In this document: positions 1 to 8,837 of the stretch, in pieces
Layout: each line of letters begins with the position of its first letter
Position numbering within the stretch: position 1 is the first letter of the stretch
Source of the DNA: Candidatus Multivorans sp.
Lineage (GTDB): Bacteria > Acidobacteriota > Thermoanaerobaculia > Multivoradales > Multivoraceae
Direction of reading: 5' to 3'
NCBI GenBank assembly: GCA_965205295.1
Contig: OZ242167.1
Location: 4,618,048-4,682,047 of the forward strand
DNA: 64,000 nucleotides
Notes under the pieces: model-generated
Told to the model about the DNA's origin: nothing
The model's input: the letters and a program-made list of their open reading frames with translations, nothing else
Databases searched by the model: none
Position numbers and translations under genes: made by a program

Positions 1-3000
1 CGGTAACGAAGCCGCCGTCCATCAGGATCGGAAAGCCGAGGGTGCCGACCAGGCCGCCCCAGGTGCGCTTGCCGACCAGGGTGCCGAGACCCAGCTTGTT
101 GAACATCCAGGGCAGCAGGTCGCCGCCGGAGCCGGCAGTCTCGTCGATGATCATGACCTTCGGCCCCAGGATCGCCGCGCTCGGGGTGCGGAAGTCGGCG
201 CCGTGGCGGGTTGCCCAGTGGCTGATGTACGGCCGCCGCAGGTGGTCGATGTAGTAGTCCGCGACCTGGCCGCCGCCGTTGAAGCGCTCGTCGACGATCA
301 GGGCCTGCTTGTGGACCTGGGGGAAGAAGTAGCGCTTGAAGTAGGTGTGGCCGAGCGTGGTCGTGTTCGGCACGTACACGTAGGCGACCCGGCCGCCGGT
401 CGCTTCGTCGACCTTGGCCAGGTTGCGCTCGACCCACTCGCGGTTGCGCAGCGCCGATTCGTTCGCGACCGGGACCGCGGAAACGGTGCGCGAGTCCGAG
501 CCGTCGGCGTTCGGACCGACGGTCAGTTCGACGATCTTGCCGGCGGTGTTCTCGAACCGCGCGAACACGTTGTCCGTGGCGTCGAGATCGACGCCGTCGA
601 CCGCCAGCAGGTACTCGCCGGCGGTCACCGAGACGCCCGGCTCGGTGAGCGGCGCCCGCAGTTCAGGGTTCCAGTTCAGGCCGCCGAGCACGTGGGCGAA
701 GCGGTAGCGCCCGTCGGCGAGTTCGAAGTCGGCGCCGAGAAGCCCGCCGCCGACCCGCTCCGGATCGTTCCGCTGGTCGCCGCCGCCGACCCGGTGGTGG
801 CCGACCGCGATCTCGCTGCACATCCAGCGCAGCACCTTGTTCAGGTCGGCCCGGTTGGTGACATCGGTGAGGAAACCGCTGTACTTCTCTCCCATCGCCG
901 GCCAGTCGGCGCCGTGCATGCCGGGGTCGTAGAAGTAGTCGCGGTTGATCCGCCAGACCTCGTCGTAGATCTGCTGCCATTCGGCGCGGGGATCGATGCG
1001 CACCGTCAGTTTGTCGACCGGGATCGCGCTCTCCGCGCGGTCGATCTTCGCGCCTGCGTCGGCGATGCCGAAGTCGTCCTGGCCGGCGTAGAGCACTTTC
1101 TTGCCGTCGGCGCTGAGGGAGAAGCCGCCCACGCCTGAGAGCAGAACCGTTTCCTCGCGCGCTTCGAGGTCGAAGCGGATGAGATCGCCACCGCCACCGC
1201 CGCCGCCGCCGAACCTGCCCGCCGGTTGGGAACGCAGGTAGTAGAGCTTGCCTGCCGCGCCGGCTTCGAGGTTGCCGTAGCCGCCGGTCTCGATCGGAAG
1301 CGCCAGGATCCGCTGGTTGAGCCCCTCGAAGTCGATCTCGACACGATTCTCGTCCTCGTCCTCGTCCTCGTCCTCGCCGTCGTCGCCTTCGCCGTCGGCT
1401 TCCGCGTCCTCATCGCTGCCTTCGCCGGCGGCGCCATCTTCGTCGGCCTCCACGGTCTGCTCGTCGCTCTCCGGGGCCAGGGGCGATTCGCCGTCCGCGC
1501 GCAGCACGGCGACGTAGATGGAACTCGATGCCTCCATGTCGGCGTTCGACATCGCGAACCAGTGCTTCACCGGACCGGCGTCGGTGGAGGCGGTGAAGTA
1601 GAGGTAGTCGCCACTCCGGTCGAACACCGGTTCACCGACCTCGCTCAGGCCGTCAGTGACGTGGTGGGAGCTGCCTGCCTCCACGTCGTAGACGAAGACC
1701 TGCTGCATGTAGGAGCGGGTGTTCAGGGTGTAGGCGATGAACCGCGAGTCCGGCGACCAGGAGTGATCGGGGCGCGGGCTGGCGGGGCCGTAGTAGTACT
1801 CGCTCGCGATCTTCGCCACGTCGCCGCTGTCGGTGTCGATCACGAACAGGGTCATCGAGTTGTCGGCGTAGCTGATCCGTTTGCCGTCGGGCGACCACTC
1901 GGGGTTCTGGTAGAAGCCGTTGCCGCCGTGCTCGCCGCCGAGCTCGTAGCGTCTGACCTCGCCGCTGTCCTGGTTGCGGACGTGGAGCCCGTACTCGCCG
2001 CCTTCGTCCGAGAACCAGGCGATGCTCCCGCCATCGGGCGACCAGGCCGGGAAGCGCTCGTGGATGCCCGGAGTCCGCGTCAGGTTGCGAGCGTCACCCT
2101 TCTTTGCGGGCAGCGTGAGGACGTCGCCGCGGTAGCCGAAGGCGGCCCGCGCGCCGGAGGGCGAGATGGAGGCGCTGCGGATGTACTCCGGGCCCTCGAT
2201 CCAGCGCGGCCGCGTCTCGGTGAGGTCCGCCGCGACGCCGATCCGGAGCCGATCGTGGCGGTCCGAGCCCGGGTCGTAGAGGTGCAGGTAGCCGGCCTGC
2301 TCGTAGATCAGCGTGTTCGTCGATCCTGCGAGGTCTTCGAGGTGGAAGTCCTCGAACTCGGAGTGCTGAACGATCTCGCCGCTGCCGGCGTCGAACGAGA
2401 AGAGGTTGAACTCGCCGGCGCGGTCGGAGCGGAAGAAGACCCGGTTGCCGATCCAGGTCGGGTCGGTGTCGTTCGAGCGGCCCTCGGGTTGGGGGACCGT
2501 CTGCACCGAGTGGTCCCCGGTGTCGTAGATCCAGATGCGCGACGTCGTGCCGCCACGGTAGTTCTTCCACTGCTCGAAGCGCTCGGGTGTGGGGATGTAG
2601 GCGATGCGCCGCCCGTCGGGCGAATAGCTGGCCCGCAGGCCGTGCGGGATCGGCAGCTTCGTGGGCATTCCGCCGGTCAGCGGCACGACGAAGAGCTGGA
2701 AGTGACGGTTCGTGAACATGCTGCGCTGGGACGCGAACAGGACCGCCGAGCCGTCCACGGTGAAGCCCTGCACGAGGTCGTTGCCCGGATGCCAGGTCAG
2801 CCGCTTCGGCTCGCCGCCCGCGGCCGGCATGACGAACACGTCGATGTTGCCGTCGTACTCGCCGCTGAACGCGACCAGGGCGCCGTCGGGCGAGAAACGG
2901 GGGCTGCTCTCGGTCCCCTCGTGGGACGTCAGCCGGCGCGCGCCGCTGCCGTCCCGGCCGGCGATCCAGAGGTCGCCGGCGTAGGCGAACGCGACGTGCT

Positions 3001-3124
3001 CGGCGCTGACCGCGGGCTGGGACAGGAGGCGTGTGTCCGAGACGTCCACCGCCGATGCGGCGGTCGCCGTGGCGGCGATCAGGACGTGGCCGAGCGTGCG
3101 CAGGGCGAGCGTGGTTCTGGTCAT
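1..3124 (-). CDS. Tricorn protease homolog (S41-family peptidase with TolB-like beta-propellers); 3' end lies beyond window start
   Basis: Own translation of the minus strand from ATG at 3124 gives MTRTTLALRTLGHVLIAATATAASA..LLSQPAVSAEHVAFAYAGDLWIA..ESSPRFSPDGALVAFSGEYDGNIDVFVMPA..WHPG. It continues to an S41-like segment (IIDETAGSGGDLLPWMF). The frame stays open to position 1. It is missing from the ORF track because it is edge-truncated. An acidic DEDEDE insert lies around 1330-1480. Confidence 0.85.
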   Translation of the reverse strand, partial: MTRTTLALRTLGHVLIAATATAASAVDVSDTRLLSQPAVSAEHVAFAYAGDLWIAGRDGSGARRLTSHEGTESSPRFSPDGALVAFSGEYDGNIDVFVMPAAGGEPKRLTWHPGNDLVQGFTVDGSAVLFASQRSMFTNRHFQLFVVPLTGGMPTKLPIPHGLRASYSPDGRRIAYIPTPERFEQWKNYRGGTTSRIWIYDTGDHSVQTVPQPEGRSNDTDPTWIGNRVFFRSDRAGEFNLFSFDAGSGEIVQHSEFEDFHLEDLAGSTNTLIYEQAGYLHLYDPGSDRHDRLRIGVAADLTETRPRWIEGPEYIRSASISPSGARAAFGYRGDVLTLPAKKGDARNLTRTPGIHERFPAWSPDGGSIAWFSDEGGEYGLHVRNQDSGEVRRYELGGEHGGNGFYQNPEWSPDGKRISYADNSMTLFVIDTDSGDVAKIASEYYYGPASPRPDHSWSPDSRFIAYTLNTRSYMQQVFVYDVEAGSSHHVTDGLSEVGEPVFDRSGDYLYFTASTDAGPVKHWFAMSNADMEASSSIYVAVLRADGESPLAPESDEQTVEADEDGAAGEGSDEDAEADGEGDDGEDEDEDEDENRVEIDFEGLNQRILALPIETGGYGNLEAGAAGKLYYLRSQPAGRFGGGGGGGGDLIRFDLEAREETVLLSGVGGFSLSADGKKVLYAGQDDFGIADAGAKIDRAESAIPVDKLTVRIDPRAEWQQIYDEVWRINRDYFYDPGMHGADWPAMGEKYSGFLTDVTNRADLNKVLRWMCSEIAVGHHRVGGGDQRNDPERVGGGLLGADFELADGRYRFAHVLGGLNWNPELRAPLTEPGVSVTAGEYLLAVDGVDLDATDNVFARFENTAGKIVELTVGPNADGSDSRTVSAVPVANESALRNREWVERNLAKVDEATGGRVAYVYVPNTTTLGHTYFKRYFFPQVHKQALIVDERFNGGGQVADYYIDHLRRPYISHWATRHGADFRTPSAAILGPKVMIIDETAGSGGDLLPWMFNKLGLGTLVGKRTWGGLVGTLGFPILMDGGFVT

Positions 3125-3168
3125 ATCGGTTCCTTCGGGGTGCTCATGGGGGCTGCTACTCTGCCACG

Positions 3169-4128
3169 ATGCATCATTCAAATGGCGACTCAAGTACGCG
3201 CCCGATCGGCCGGCGGGAGCTTCTTGTCGGAGGCGCGGCCGCCGGGGCGGCGCTTGCGGTCGCGGCCGCCGTGCCGGCAGCGGCCAGAGCCCGGCCGGCC
3301 CAACCTGCCGCCAAGGGTGCATTCGGGCTCAAGTACGCGCCCCACTTCGGGATGTTCCGGCACCATGCCGGCGACGACCACATCGACCAGCTCAAGTTCA
3401 TGCATGACGAGGGCTTCCGCGCCCTGGAGGACAACGGCATGGGCGGGCGGGAGGTTTCGCTTCAGGAGAAGATCGCCGCCGAGCTGGACGTCTTGGGCAT
3501 GGAGATGGGTGTCTTCGTCGCCCACACCTCCTGGGGCGGCGTGAGTTTCGCCTCCGCCGACTCCTCGGTGCGCGAGGCGATCGAGGCGGACATGCGAGGG
3601 GCGGTCGAGGTCGGGGCGAGGGTGAACGCGAAGTGGTGCACCGTCGTCCCCGGTCAGCTCGACCCGGGCCTGGAGTGGGAGTACCAGACCGCGAACGTGG
3701 TCGAGAACCTGAAGCGGGCCGCGGCGATCCTCGAGCCGGCGGGCCTGGTCGCGGTGCTTGAGCCGCTCAATCACTGGGCGAACCACCCCGGCGTGTTCCT
3801 GACCGGGATTCCGCAGGCGTACCAGATCTGCCAGGCGGTCGGTTCTCCCTCGGTCAAGATCCTCGACGACCTCTACCACCAGCAGATCACCGAGGGGAAC
3901 CTGATCCCGAATCTCGACCGCGCCTGGGACGAGATCGCCTACATCCAGGTCGGCGACAACCCGGGCCGCAAGGAGCCGACCACGGGTGAGATCAACTATC
4001 TCAGCGTGTTCCGGCACCTGAAGCAGAAGGGCTTCGACGGCATCGTGGGCATGGAGCACGGCAACTCGAAGCCGGGCCGCGAGGGCGAGCGGGCCGTCAT
4101 CGACGCCTACCGGGCGTGCGACGTCTGA
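3169..4128 (+). CDS. Xylose isomerase-like TIM-barrel protein (hydroxypyruvate isomerase / sugar phosphate isomerase-epimerase family) with Tat-type signal
   Basis: ATG at 3169 lies downstream of the divergent tricorn start, so the track's 3031 start would overlap that gene. N-terminus is MHHSNGDSSTRPIGRRELLVGGAAAGAALAVAAA (RR-x-LL twin-arginine motif). The body carries ..LEPLN..HPG..LDDLYHQQI..GMEHG, typical of the AP-endonuclease-2/TIM family. Confidence 0.75.
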   Translation: MHHSNGDSSTRPIGRRELLVGGAAAGAALAVAAAVPAAARARPAQPAAKGAFGLKYAPHFGMFRHHAGDDHIDQLKFMHDEGFRALEDNGMGGREVSLQEKIAAELDVLGMEMGVFVAHTSWGGVSFASADSSVREAIEADMRGAVEVGARVNAKWCTVVPGQLDPGLEWEYQTANVVENLKRAAAILEPAGLVAVLEPLNHWANHPGVFLTGIPQAYQICQAVGSPSVKILDDLYHQQITEGNLIPNLDRAWDEIAYIQVGDNPGRKEPTTGEINYLSVFRHLKQKGFDGIVGMEHGNSKPGREGERAVIDAYRACDV

Positions 4129-4137
4129 GAGGGGAGG

Positions 4138-4743
4138 CTACTGGGCGACGCCGAAGGGCAGCACGCCCGTCTGGTTGTCCCACATCACGACGATCGCGCC
4201 GCCGCCGTCCGAGACGTCGCTGAACAGGATCGTCATCTGGTCGATCGAGTACTCCGTCGTTTCGACCGTCATCGGCGCCCGCGCCACATCGTGGTCGGCG
4301 TTGTAGCCGTAGGCGCCCCAGGTGAGGCCGTCGGCCATCTTGTCGCGGTCGAACGTCTCCATGTAGCCCTGCTTGGAGAGGATCGCAGTCCAGGCGCCTT
4401 CCTTCAGCTCGACGAACAGGCTGTACTCGCCCGCCGGCACCGTTGTTTCACCGATCATCAGGTCGGCTTCGGTCTTGATCCGGGTCGTCACGTTCGCGCC
4501 GGCGCGCCACAAGGGGCCGCCCGCGTACAGCGCCTGGCCGTAGGAGTCGCCGGCGCCGAAGACGCCGCTGCGCCCGCGCAGGATGGGTCGGCTGTAGGTG
4601 ATGTCGATCCAGGCGTCGCCGATCTGCGTCGAAGCGGCGCCCTCGGGGCTGGCGGGACGGTCCTGCGCGGCGGCGGGGGCGAAGCCGATGACCGCGAGGC
4701 ACAGGCTGAGCACGAGCAGGCGGCAAACAGTGTGTCGGTGCAT
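4138..4743 (-). CDS. DUF2911 domain-containing exported protein
   Basis: Start chosen at the ATG giving MHRHTVCRLLVLSLCLAVIGFAPAAAQ (signal peptide). The body has IDITYSRPILRGR..LWRAGANVTTRIKTEADLMIGETTVPAGEYSLFVE..WTAILSKQ, matching the DUF2911 pattern. The upstream part of the 303-aa track ORF is Arg/Ser-rich junk. Confidence 0.75.
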   Translation of the reverse strand: MHRHTVCRLLVLSLCLAVIGFAPAAAQDRPASPEGAASTQIGDAWIDITYSRPILRGRSGVFGAGDSYGQALYAGGPLWRAGANVTTRIKTEADLMIGETTVPAGEYSLFVELKEGAWTAILSKQGYMETFDRDKMADGLTWGAYGYNADHDVARAPMTVETTEYSIDQMTILFSDVSDGGGAIVVMWDNQTGVLPFGVAQ

Positions 4744-5079
4744 TATCTGAGTTCTCCTGAAATGGGGGGTGCTTGGGTGTTGGGGGCGGACTCTAGCAGC
4801 TAGGGAGTCTGCCCCGCGCCGGCAGGAAACACGCCGGCTCACGGCCGGCGTCTCGGCCCCGCGGACGTTCGCGCTTGAACCGAGGCCGGGACTCGGACGT
4901 TGATGTCGGCGCGAACTCCTGATCGTACGTTTTTTTTGCGCTCCGGCGGCTTCGTGCAGGCTCTGAACCGCCTGTTTGCGTAGCCGTGACAAGGACTTGG
5001 GCGTCGCGGGCCGTGATGGCCGGCGGCCTGGCACGTGGGTTGCCTGCAAGACCAGGCAACGGTGAGTTCAGGCCGTGGG

Positions 5080-5126
5080 GCGGACGGCGGAATACGGACT
5101 TCCCTCCTTGTCCTTCCGCCGTCCGC
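5080..5126. repeat. 13-bp perfect inverted repeat (gcggacggcggaa / ttccgccgtccgc) with 21-nt loop in an intergenic region
   Basis: Read directly from the sequence. It lies in the 575-bp non-coding gap between the DUF2911 gene and the YhcG cassette. Confidence 0.5.
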
Positions 5127-5178
5127 CTCCACGTGCTTCCAGGCGGTCCAGAGGTCTCGATGCAGTAGCCTCTGGCGC

Positions 5179-5231
5179 GTGGTCGGCGTCAACGGGATCG
5201 CGCACATCCAGTTGACGGTCCGTGACCCGGA
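5179..5231 (+). repeat. Left 53-bp direct repeat; a duplicated 5' fragment of the VOC gene (encodes VVGVNGIAHIQLTVRDP)
   Basis: gtggtcggcgtcaacgggatcgcgcacatccagttgacggtccgtgacccgga matches 6561-6613 with 3 mismatches. Confidence 0.85.
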
Positions 5232-5318
5232 TGCCGACGCACTGCCCGAGTTGGAGCATCGGGTTGAGGACTACAGCGCGAAGGTCGAGGGCCATCTGAG
5301 GCGGATGGGCCTGCCGGC

Positions 5319-6473
5319 GTGAGCCAGCCATTCGATTTCGAGCGCCTCGTCGAGCTGTGCCGGCGTACCCACGAGGAGACGCGGCACTCCGCCGCCCGCG
5401 CCGTCGACCGCTCGTTGGTCGTGCGGAACTGGTTGTTCGGCTGGTACGTCGTGGAGTACGAGCAGAGCGGCGCGGACCGGGCCGAGTACGGCGCGCAGAC
5501 CCTCAAGAAGCTCTCGGCGGCGCTGAAGGAGAGGATCGGGCGGGGTTTCTCCGTGGATGCGCTCGAGAGGATGCGGCGATTCTACCTGACTCACGACCGC
5601 ATCCTCTCGAATGGCCCGGCGTCAGACAATTCCGCGACGCCGTCGCGGATTTCCGGTAGCCAGCCAAGATCCGCAACGGCGTTGCGGATCTTGTCGGGTC
5701 CTTCGGCCGCCACGACCGACGCTCTCGCGCAACTTGCCGAGCGGCTTCCACTCGGCTGGTCCCACTACGTCACACTACTGTCGGTAACCGACGCCGAAGC
5801 CCTTCGGTTCTACGAGATCGAGGCTGCGGAGAACGGCTGGAGCGTTCGCGAGCTCAAGCGACAACTGGACAGCTCGCTCTACGAGCGGCTCGCCCTCAGC
5901 CGCGACAAAGACGAAGTCCGCCGCCTCGCCAGTGAGGGCCAGGTGGTCGAGAAGGCCTCGGACCTGATCAAGGACCCGGTGGTGCTGGAGTTCCTCGGTC
6001 TGGAAGAGAAGCCCGCCTACTCCGAGAGCGACCTGGAGACCGCAATCATCGACCGGCTCCAGCAGTTCCTGCTGGAACTCGGCAAGGGCTTCCTGTTCGA
6101 GGCGCGCCAGAAGCGCTTCAGCTTCGATGACAGCCACTTCTTCGTCGATCTCGTCTTCTACAACCGACTGTTGCGCTGCTACGTGCTGATCGACCTGAAA
6201 CGCGGCAAGCTGACCCACCAGGATCTCGGCCAGATGCAGATGTACGTGAACTACTTCGACCGGCATGTGAGGACCGACGGCGAACTGCCGACCATCGGGA
6301 TCCTCCTCTGCGACCGGAAGAACGAAGCGGTGGTCGAACTGACGCTGCCCGAAGACGCCAACATCTACGCGTCGAAGTACCAGTTGTACCTGCCGTCGCG
6401 GGAGGAGCTTGCGGATCAGGTCGCGAGGGTTCGGCGGGAGATCGAGGGGCGGGGAGGTGGGGATGATGGCTAG
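5319..6473 (+). CDS. yhcG: PDDEXK nuclease domain protein, YhcG / DUF1016 family
   Basis: 384 aa with a GTG start. Motifs seen: ..WSHYVTLLSV..ALRFYEIEAAENGWSVRELKRQLDSSLYERL.., ..DPVVLEFLGL..YSESDLETAIIDRLQQFLLELGKGFLFEARQKRFSFDDSHFFVDLVFYNRLLRCYVLIDLKRGKLTHQDLGQMQMYVNYF. This is the classic DUF1016 N-domain plus a PD-(D/E)xK core. Confidence 0.85.
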   Translation: MSQPFDFERLVELCRRTHEETRHSAARAVDRSLVVRNWLFGWYVVEYEQSGADRAEYGAQTLKKLSAALKERIGRGFSVDALERMRRFYLTHDRILSNGPASDNSATPSRISGSQPRSATALRILSGPSAATTDALAQLAERLPLGWSHYVTLLSVTDAEALRFYEIEAAENGWSVRELKRQLDSSLYERLALSRDKDEVRRLASEGQVVEKASDLIKDPVVLEFLGLEEKPAYSESDLETAIIDRLQQFLLELGKGFLFEARQKRFSFDDSHFFVDLVFYNRLLRCYVLIDLKRGKLTHQDLGQMQMYVNYFDRHVRTDGELPTIGILLCDRKNEAVVELTLPEDANIYASKYQLYLPSREELADQVARVRREIEGRGGGDDG

Positions 6474-6542
6474 ACGGTCAGGGGCCATACAGGCCCGTAC
6501 TTTCGAGGTCGCCACGGCGGAGCCGGCCGCGGCGGACGCTGA

Positions 6543-7055
6543 ATGAGCGGCGCCGGCGAAGTGGTAGGCGTCAACGGCATCGCGCACATTCAGTTGACGG
6601 TCCGTGACCCGGAGCGTTGCCTGCCGTTCTGGGAGCGGCTCTGCAACTTCCTCGACATGCGCACGTTGATCCGGGGCGAGGACGTGCTGTACTGCATCGG
6701 CAGCCGGACCGGCATTCTGGTGCGGGCGGCGCCGGCGGACAAGCGGGACCGCGGGTTCGACCAGGACCGGCCGGGGCTCCACCATTTCTGCTTCCGGGCC
6801 CGAAGCCGCGACGATGTCGACGCGATCTACCGCTTCATCGCGTCCGAACTCGACGCAACGATCATCCACGGCCCCAAGGAGGGAGATCGCTTTGCGCCGG
6901 GCTACTACTCGATCCTGGTCGAGGATCCGGACGGCATCCGGGTTGAAGTCAACCATGTGCCGGGCAAGGGGCACTTCGGAGACGGCGGGCGTCTTGGCCC
7001 GGGAGGCACGGGCCCGGCCAACACCTACGGCGACCACGGCCTGGGCGACGCCTAG
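6543..7055 (+). CDS. VOC family protein (glyoxalase / bleomycin resistance / extradiol dioxygenase fold)
   Basis: 170 aa. GIAHIQLTVRDPERCLPFWE..GLHHFCFRA..DVDA..PGYYSILVEDPDGIRVEVNH fits paired beta-alpha-beta-beta-beta VOC modules. Confidence 0.75.
   Translation: MSGAGEVVGVNGIAHIQLTVRDPERCLPFWERLCNFLDMRTLIRGEDVLYCIGSRTGILVRAAPADKRDRGFDQDRPGLHHFCFRARSRDDVDAIYRFIASELDATIIHGPKEGDRFAPGYYSILVEDPDGIRVEVNHVPGKGHFGDGGRLGPGGTGPANTYGDHGLGDA
6561..6613 (+). repeat. Right 53-bp direct repeat, inside the 5' end of the intact VOC gene
   Basis: gtggtaggcgtcaacggcatcgcgcacattcagttgacggtccgtgacccgga; partner at 5179-5231. Confidence 0.85.
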
Positions 7056-7096
7056 GAGCTTGCGCCGCAGAACGTAGCGAAGCGAGTGTCGCGGCG

Positions 7097-8806
7097 CTAG
7101 TTCAGATCGACGACGTAGATGGTGTTCGCGGCGTCGCCGGCGACCCAGGCGGTTTCGCCATCGGTCGCGATGCCGTTGAACAGCATCGTGTTGGGGAAGG
7201 CGCCGCTCGGCGGTACCTGCAACTCGAGGTCCTCGACGACCACCCGCGCCGCGCCGCTTGCCGGGTCGATTGCCGTGACCCGGCCTGCCCCGGCTTCGAC
7301 GACGTAGATCGAGCCGTTGGCGGCCGCCAGCCCTTCCGGTTGCTCGAGTCCGCTCGCCACTTCCTCGGCGCCGCCGTCGGTGATGCGGAGCAGGCTGCCG
7401 GCGAGGTTGTCGGTGACGTAGAGGCTGCCGTCCAACTCCGTCAGACCGGCCGGCCCCTCGAGACCTTCCGCGAGGATCCGCTGCTCTTCCGGGCTGCCCG
7501 GTGAGAACGCGATCACGTTGCCGGCGCCCCACTGGCTGGCGACGATGTCGTCCCCGAACATGAGCGCGTCGATGGGCGCGGCCAGACCGGCGAACGTCTG
7601 GACCAGCGCGTCCGTCTCGGGATCCCAGAGCCGCACGGCGTTGTCGAACCAACTGGAGAGGACGAGTTGACCGTCGTCCGTGGCGTGGACCGACATCGAC
7701 GAGCCGATGTCGGAGAAGCCGATCACGTCGCGTACGACGCCAAGTTCGTCGCCGGTGTCCGGGTCGAGCTGCCGCAACGCGAAGAAGTCGGCGACGACCA
7801 GACGGGTCGTGTCGCCGGTCCCGATCAGGGCGACGCCGCCGGGCATGTTCAGCCCGCCCTCGAGCACGACCCGGTTCTCCTCAGGTGACAGCGCCTCGAC
7901 GATGAAACCGTCGGCGAAGCTGGAGATGAACAGCCGGTCGGAGGCGTCGAAAGCGAAGTTGTCGAGCCCGGGCTGGACGCGCGCGACGACATCCTTGCTG
8001 CCGTCCTCACCGATGCGGACGACCTCGCCGCGGAGCGAGTCGAGGACGTGGAGTTCGCCGGCGCCGTTGAACTTGACCGCCGCCGGCACCTCGAAACCGC
8101 TGGCCACGGTTTCCATCTCACCGCTGTCGACGTCGACGCGCACGACCTCGCCGCGGAACCAGCGCGGGCCGTAGAGCTTGCCGTCGGCGGCGCCCCAGTC
8201 CATGCCGTTCAGGCCGCAGCCGGGGCCGAGGTCGTCGCGGATGAGTCGTGGCGCCGCAACGCCTTTCGGGTCGAGCTCGAACAGACGGGTGTCCATGAAG
8301 CACTGGGAGACGAACAGCCTGCCGTCGTCCGAGAAGGTGATCGGGTTGACGCCGGCCCCCGGGGCGGCGATCACCCGGGTTTCGCCGTCGGGGGTGCGCA
8401 TGGCGACCTCGCCGTTGCTGATGTCCGTCCAATACAGCGAGCCGTCGGGGCCGAAGGCAAGGTCGTCGGGCGACTTGGGGCCGTCGCCGAGGCCCCACTG
8501 GTCGAGGATCTCGCCGGTCTCCGGATCGAGACGCGCCACGGCCGGGGTCACCACGGAGGCGAGGTACAGATCGCCGTCGGGGCCGAAGAGGATGCCGTTG
8601 ATGCCGCGGAAACTGGCGCTCTCGCCGATCGTTCGGACGCCTCCCATGTCCGCTTCGGCGACGTCTGCGTCGGGAGAGCTGCAGGCCGCGGTCAGAACGG
8701 TAAGGCAGAGGGTGGCGCAACGCAGCGCGGCGCGTCGTGGCTTCGTAGCAACGGCCCGTCGCGGTGCTCCGCCTTCAGCCGACCGGTGATTCATTGGTTC
8801 CAACAT
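7097..8806 (-). CDS. Beta-propeller lipoprotein (SMP-30/gluconolactonase/LRE-like or NHL-type repeats)
   Basis: Start at ATG 8806 (MLEPMNH..) is preceded by GAGGAG. Lipobox-like LTVLTAACSS. Repeated GPDGDLY / GPDGSLYWTD / DGRLFVS / DGSLYVTD / NGSIYVVE blades run throughout. Confidence 0.65.
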   Translation of the reverse strand: MLEPMNHRSAEGGAPRRAVATKPRRAALRCATLCLTVLTAACSSPDADVAEADMGGVRTIGESASFRGINGILFGPDGDLYLASVVTPAVARLDPETGEILDQWGLGDGPKSPDDLAFGPDGSLYWTDISNGEVAMRTPDGETRVIAAPGAGVNPITFSDDGRLFVSQCFMDTRLFELDPKGVAAPRLIRDDLGPGCGLNGMDWGAADGKLYGPRWFRGEVVRVDVDSGEMETVASGFEVPAAVKFNGAGELHVLDSLRGEVVRIGEDGSKDVVARVQPGLDNFAFDASDRLFISSFADGFIVEALSPEENRVVLEGGLNMPGGVALIGTGDTTRLVVADFFALRQLDPDTGDELGVVRDVIGFSDIGSSMSVHATDDGQLVLSSWFDNAVRLWDPETDALVQTFAGLAAPIDALMFGDDIVASQWGAGNVIAFSPGSPEEQRILAEGLEGPAGLTELDGSLYVTDNLAGSLLRITDGGAEEVASGLEQPEGLAAANGSIYVVEAGAGRVTAIDPASGAARVVVEDLELQVPPSGAFPNTMLFNGIATDGETAWVAGDAANTIYVVDLN

Positions 8807-8837
8807 TCGTCGCTCCTCAACAAGTAGGGGGCCCAAG

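Noticed and set aside
203-3544. Long plus-strand ORFs 203-1138 (311 aa) and 1226-3544 (772 aa)
   Set aside because: These are antisense shadows of the tricorn protease gene. Their translations are low-complexity and rich in Val/Gly/Arg/Asp/Ala, with no recognisable motifs. The minus strand gives a clean tricorn-like protein.
4920-4940. T8 run (cgtacgttttttttgcg) as a rho-independent terminator
   Set aside because: No GC-rich stem immediately precedes it on either strand, and no convergent gene ends nearby.
5775-7652. 625-aa minus-strand ORF spanning yhcG, the VOC gene and part of the propeller gene
   Set aside because: It is an Arg/Gly-rich shadow ORF that crosses three well-supported genes on both strands. 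This is typical of a high-GC antisense frame.
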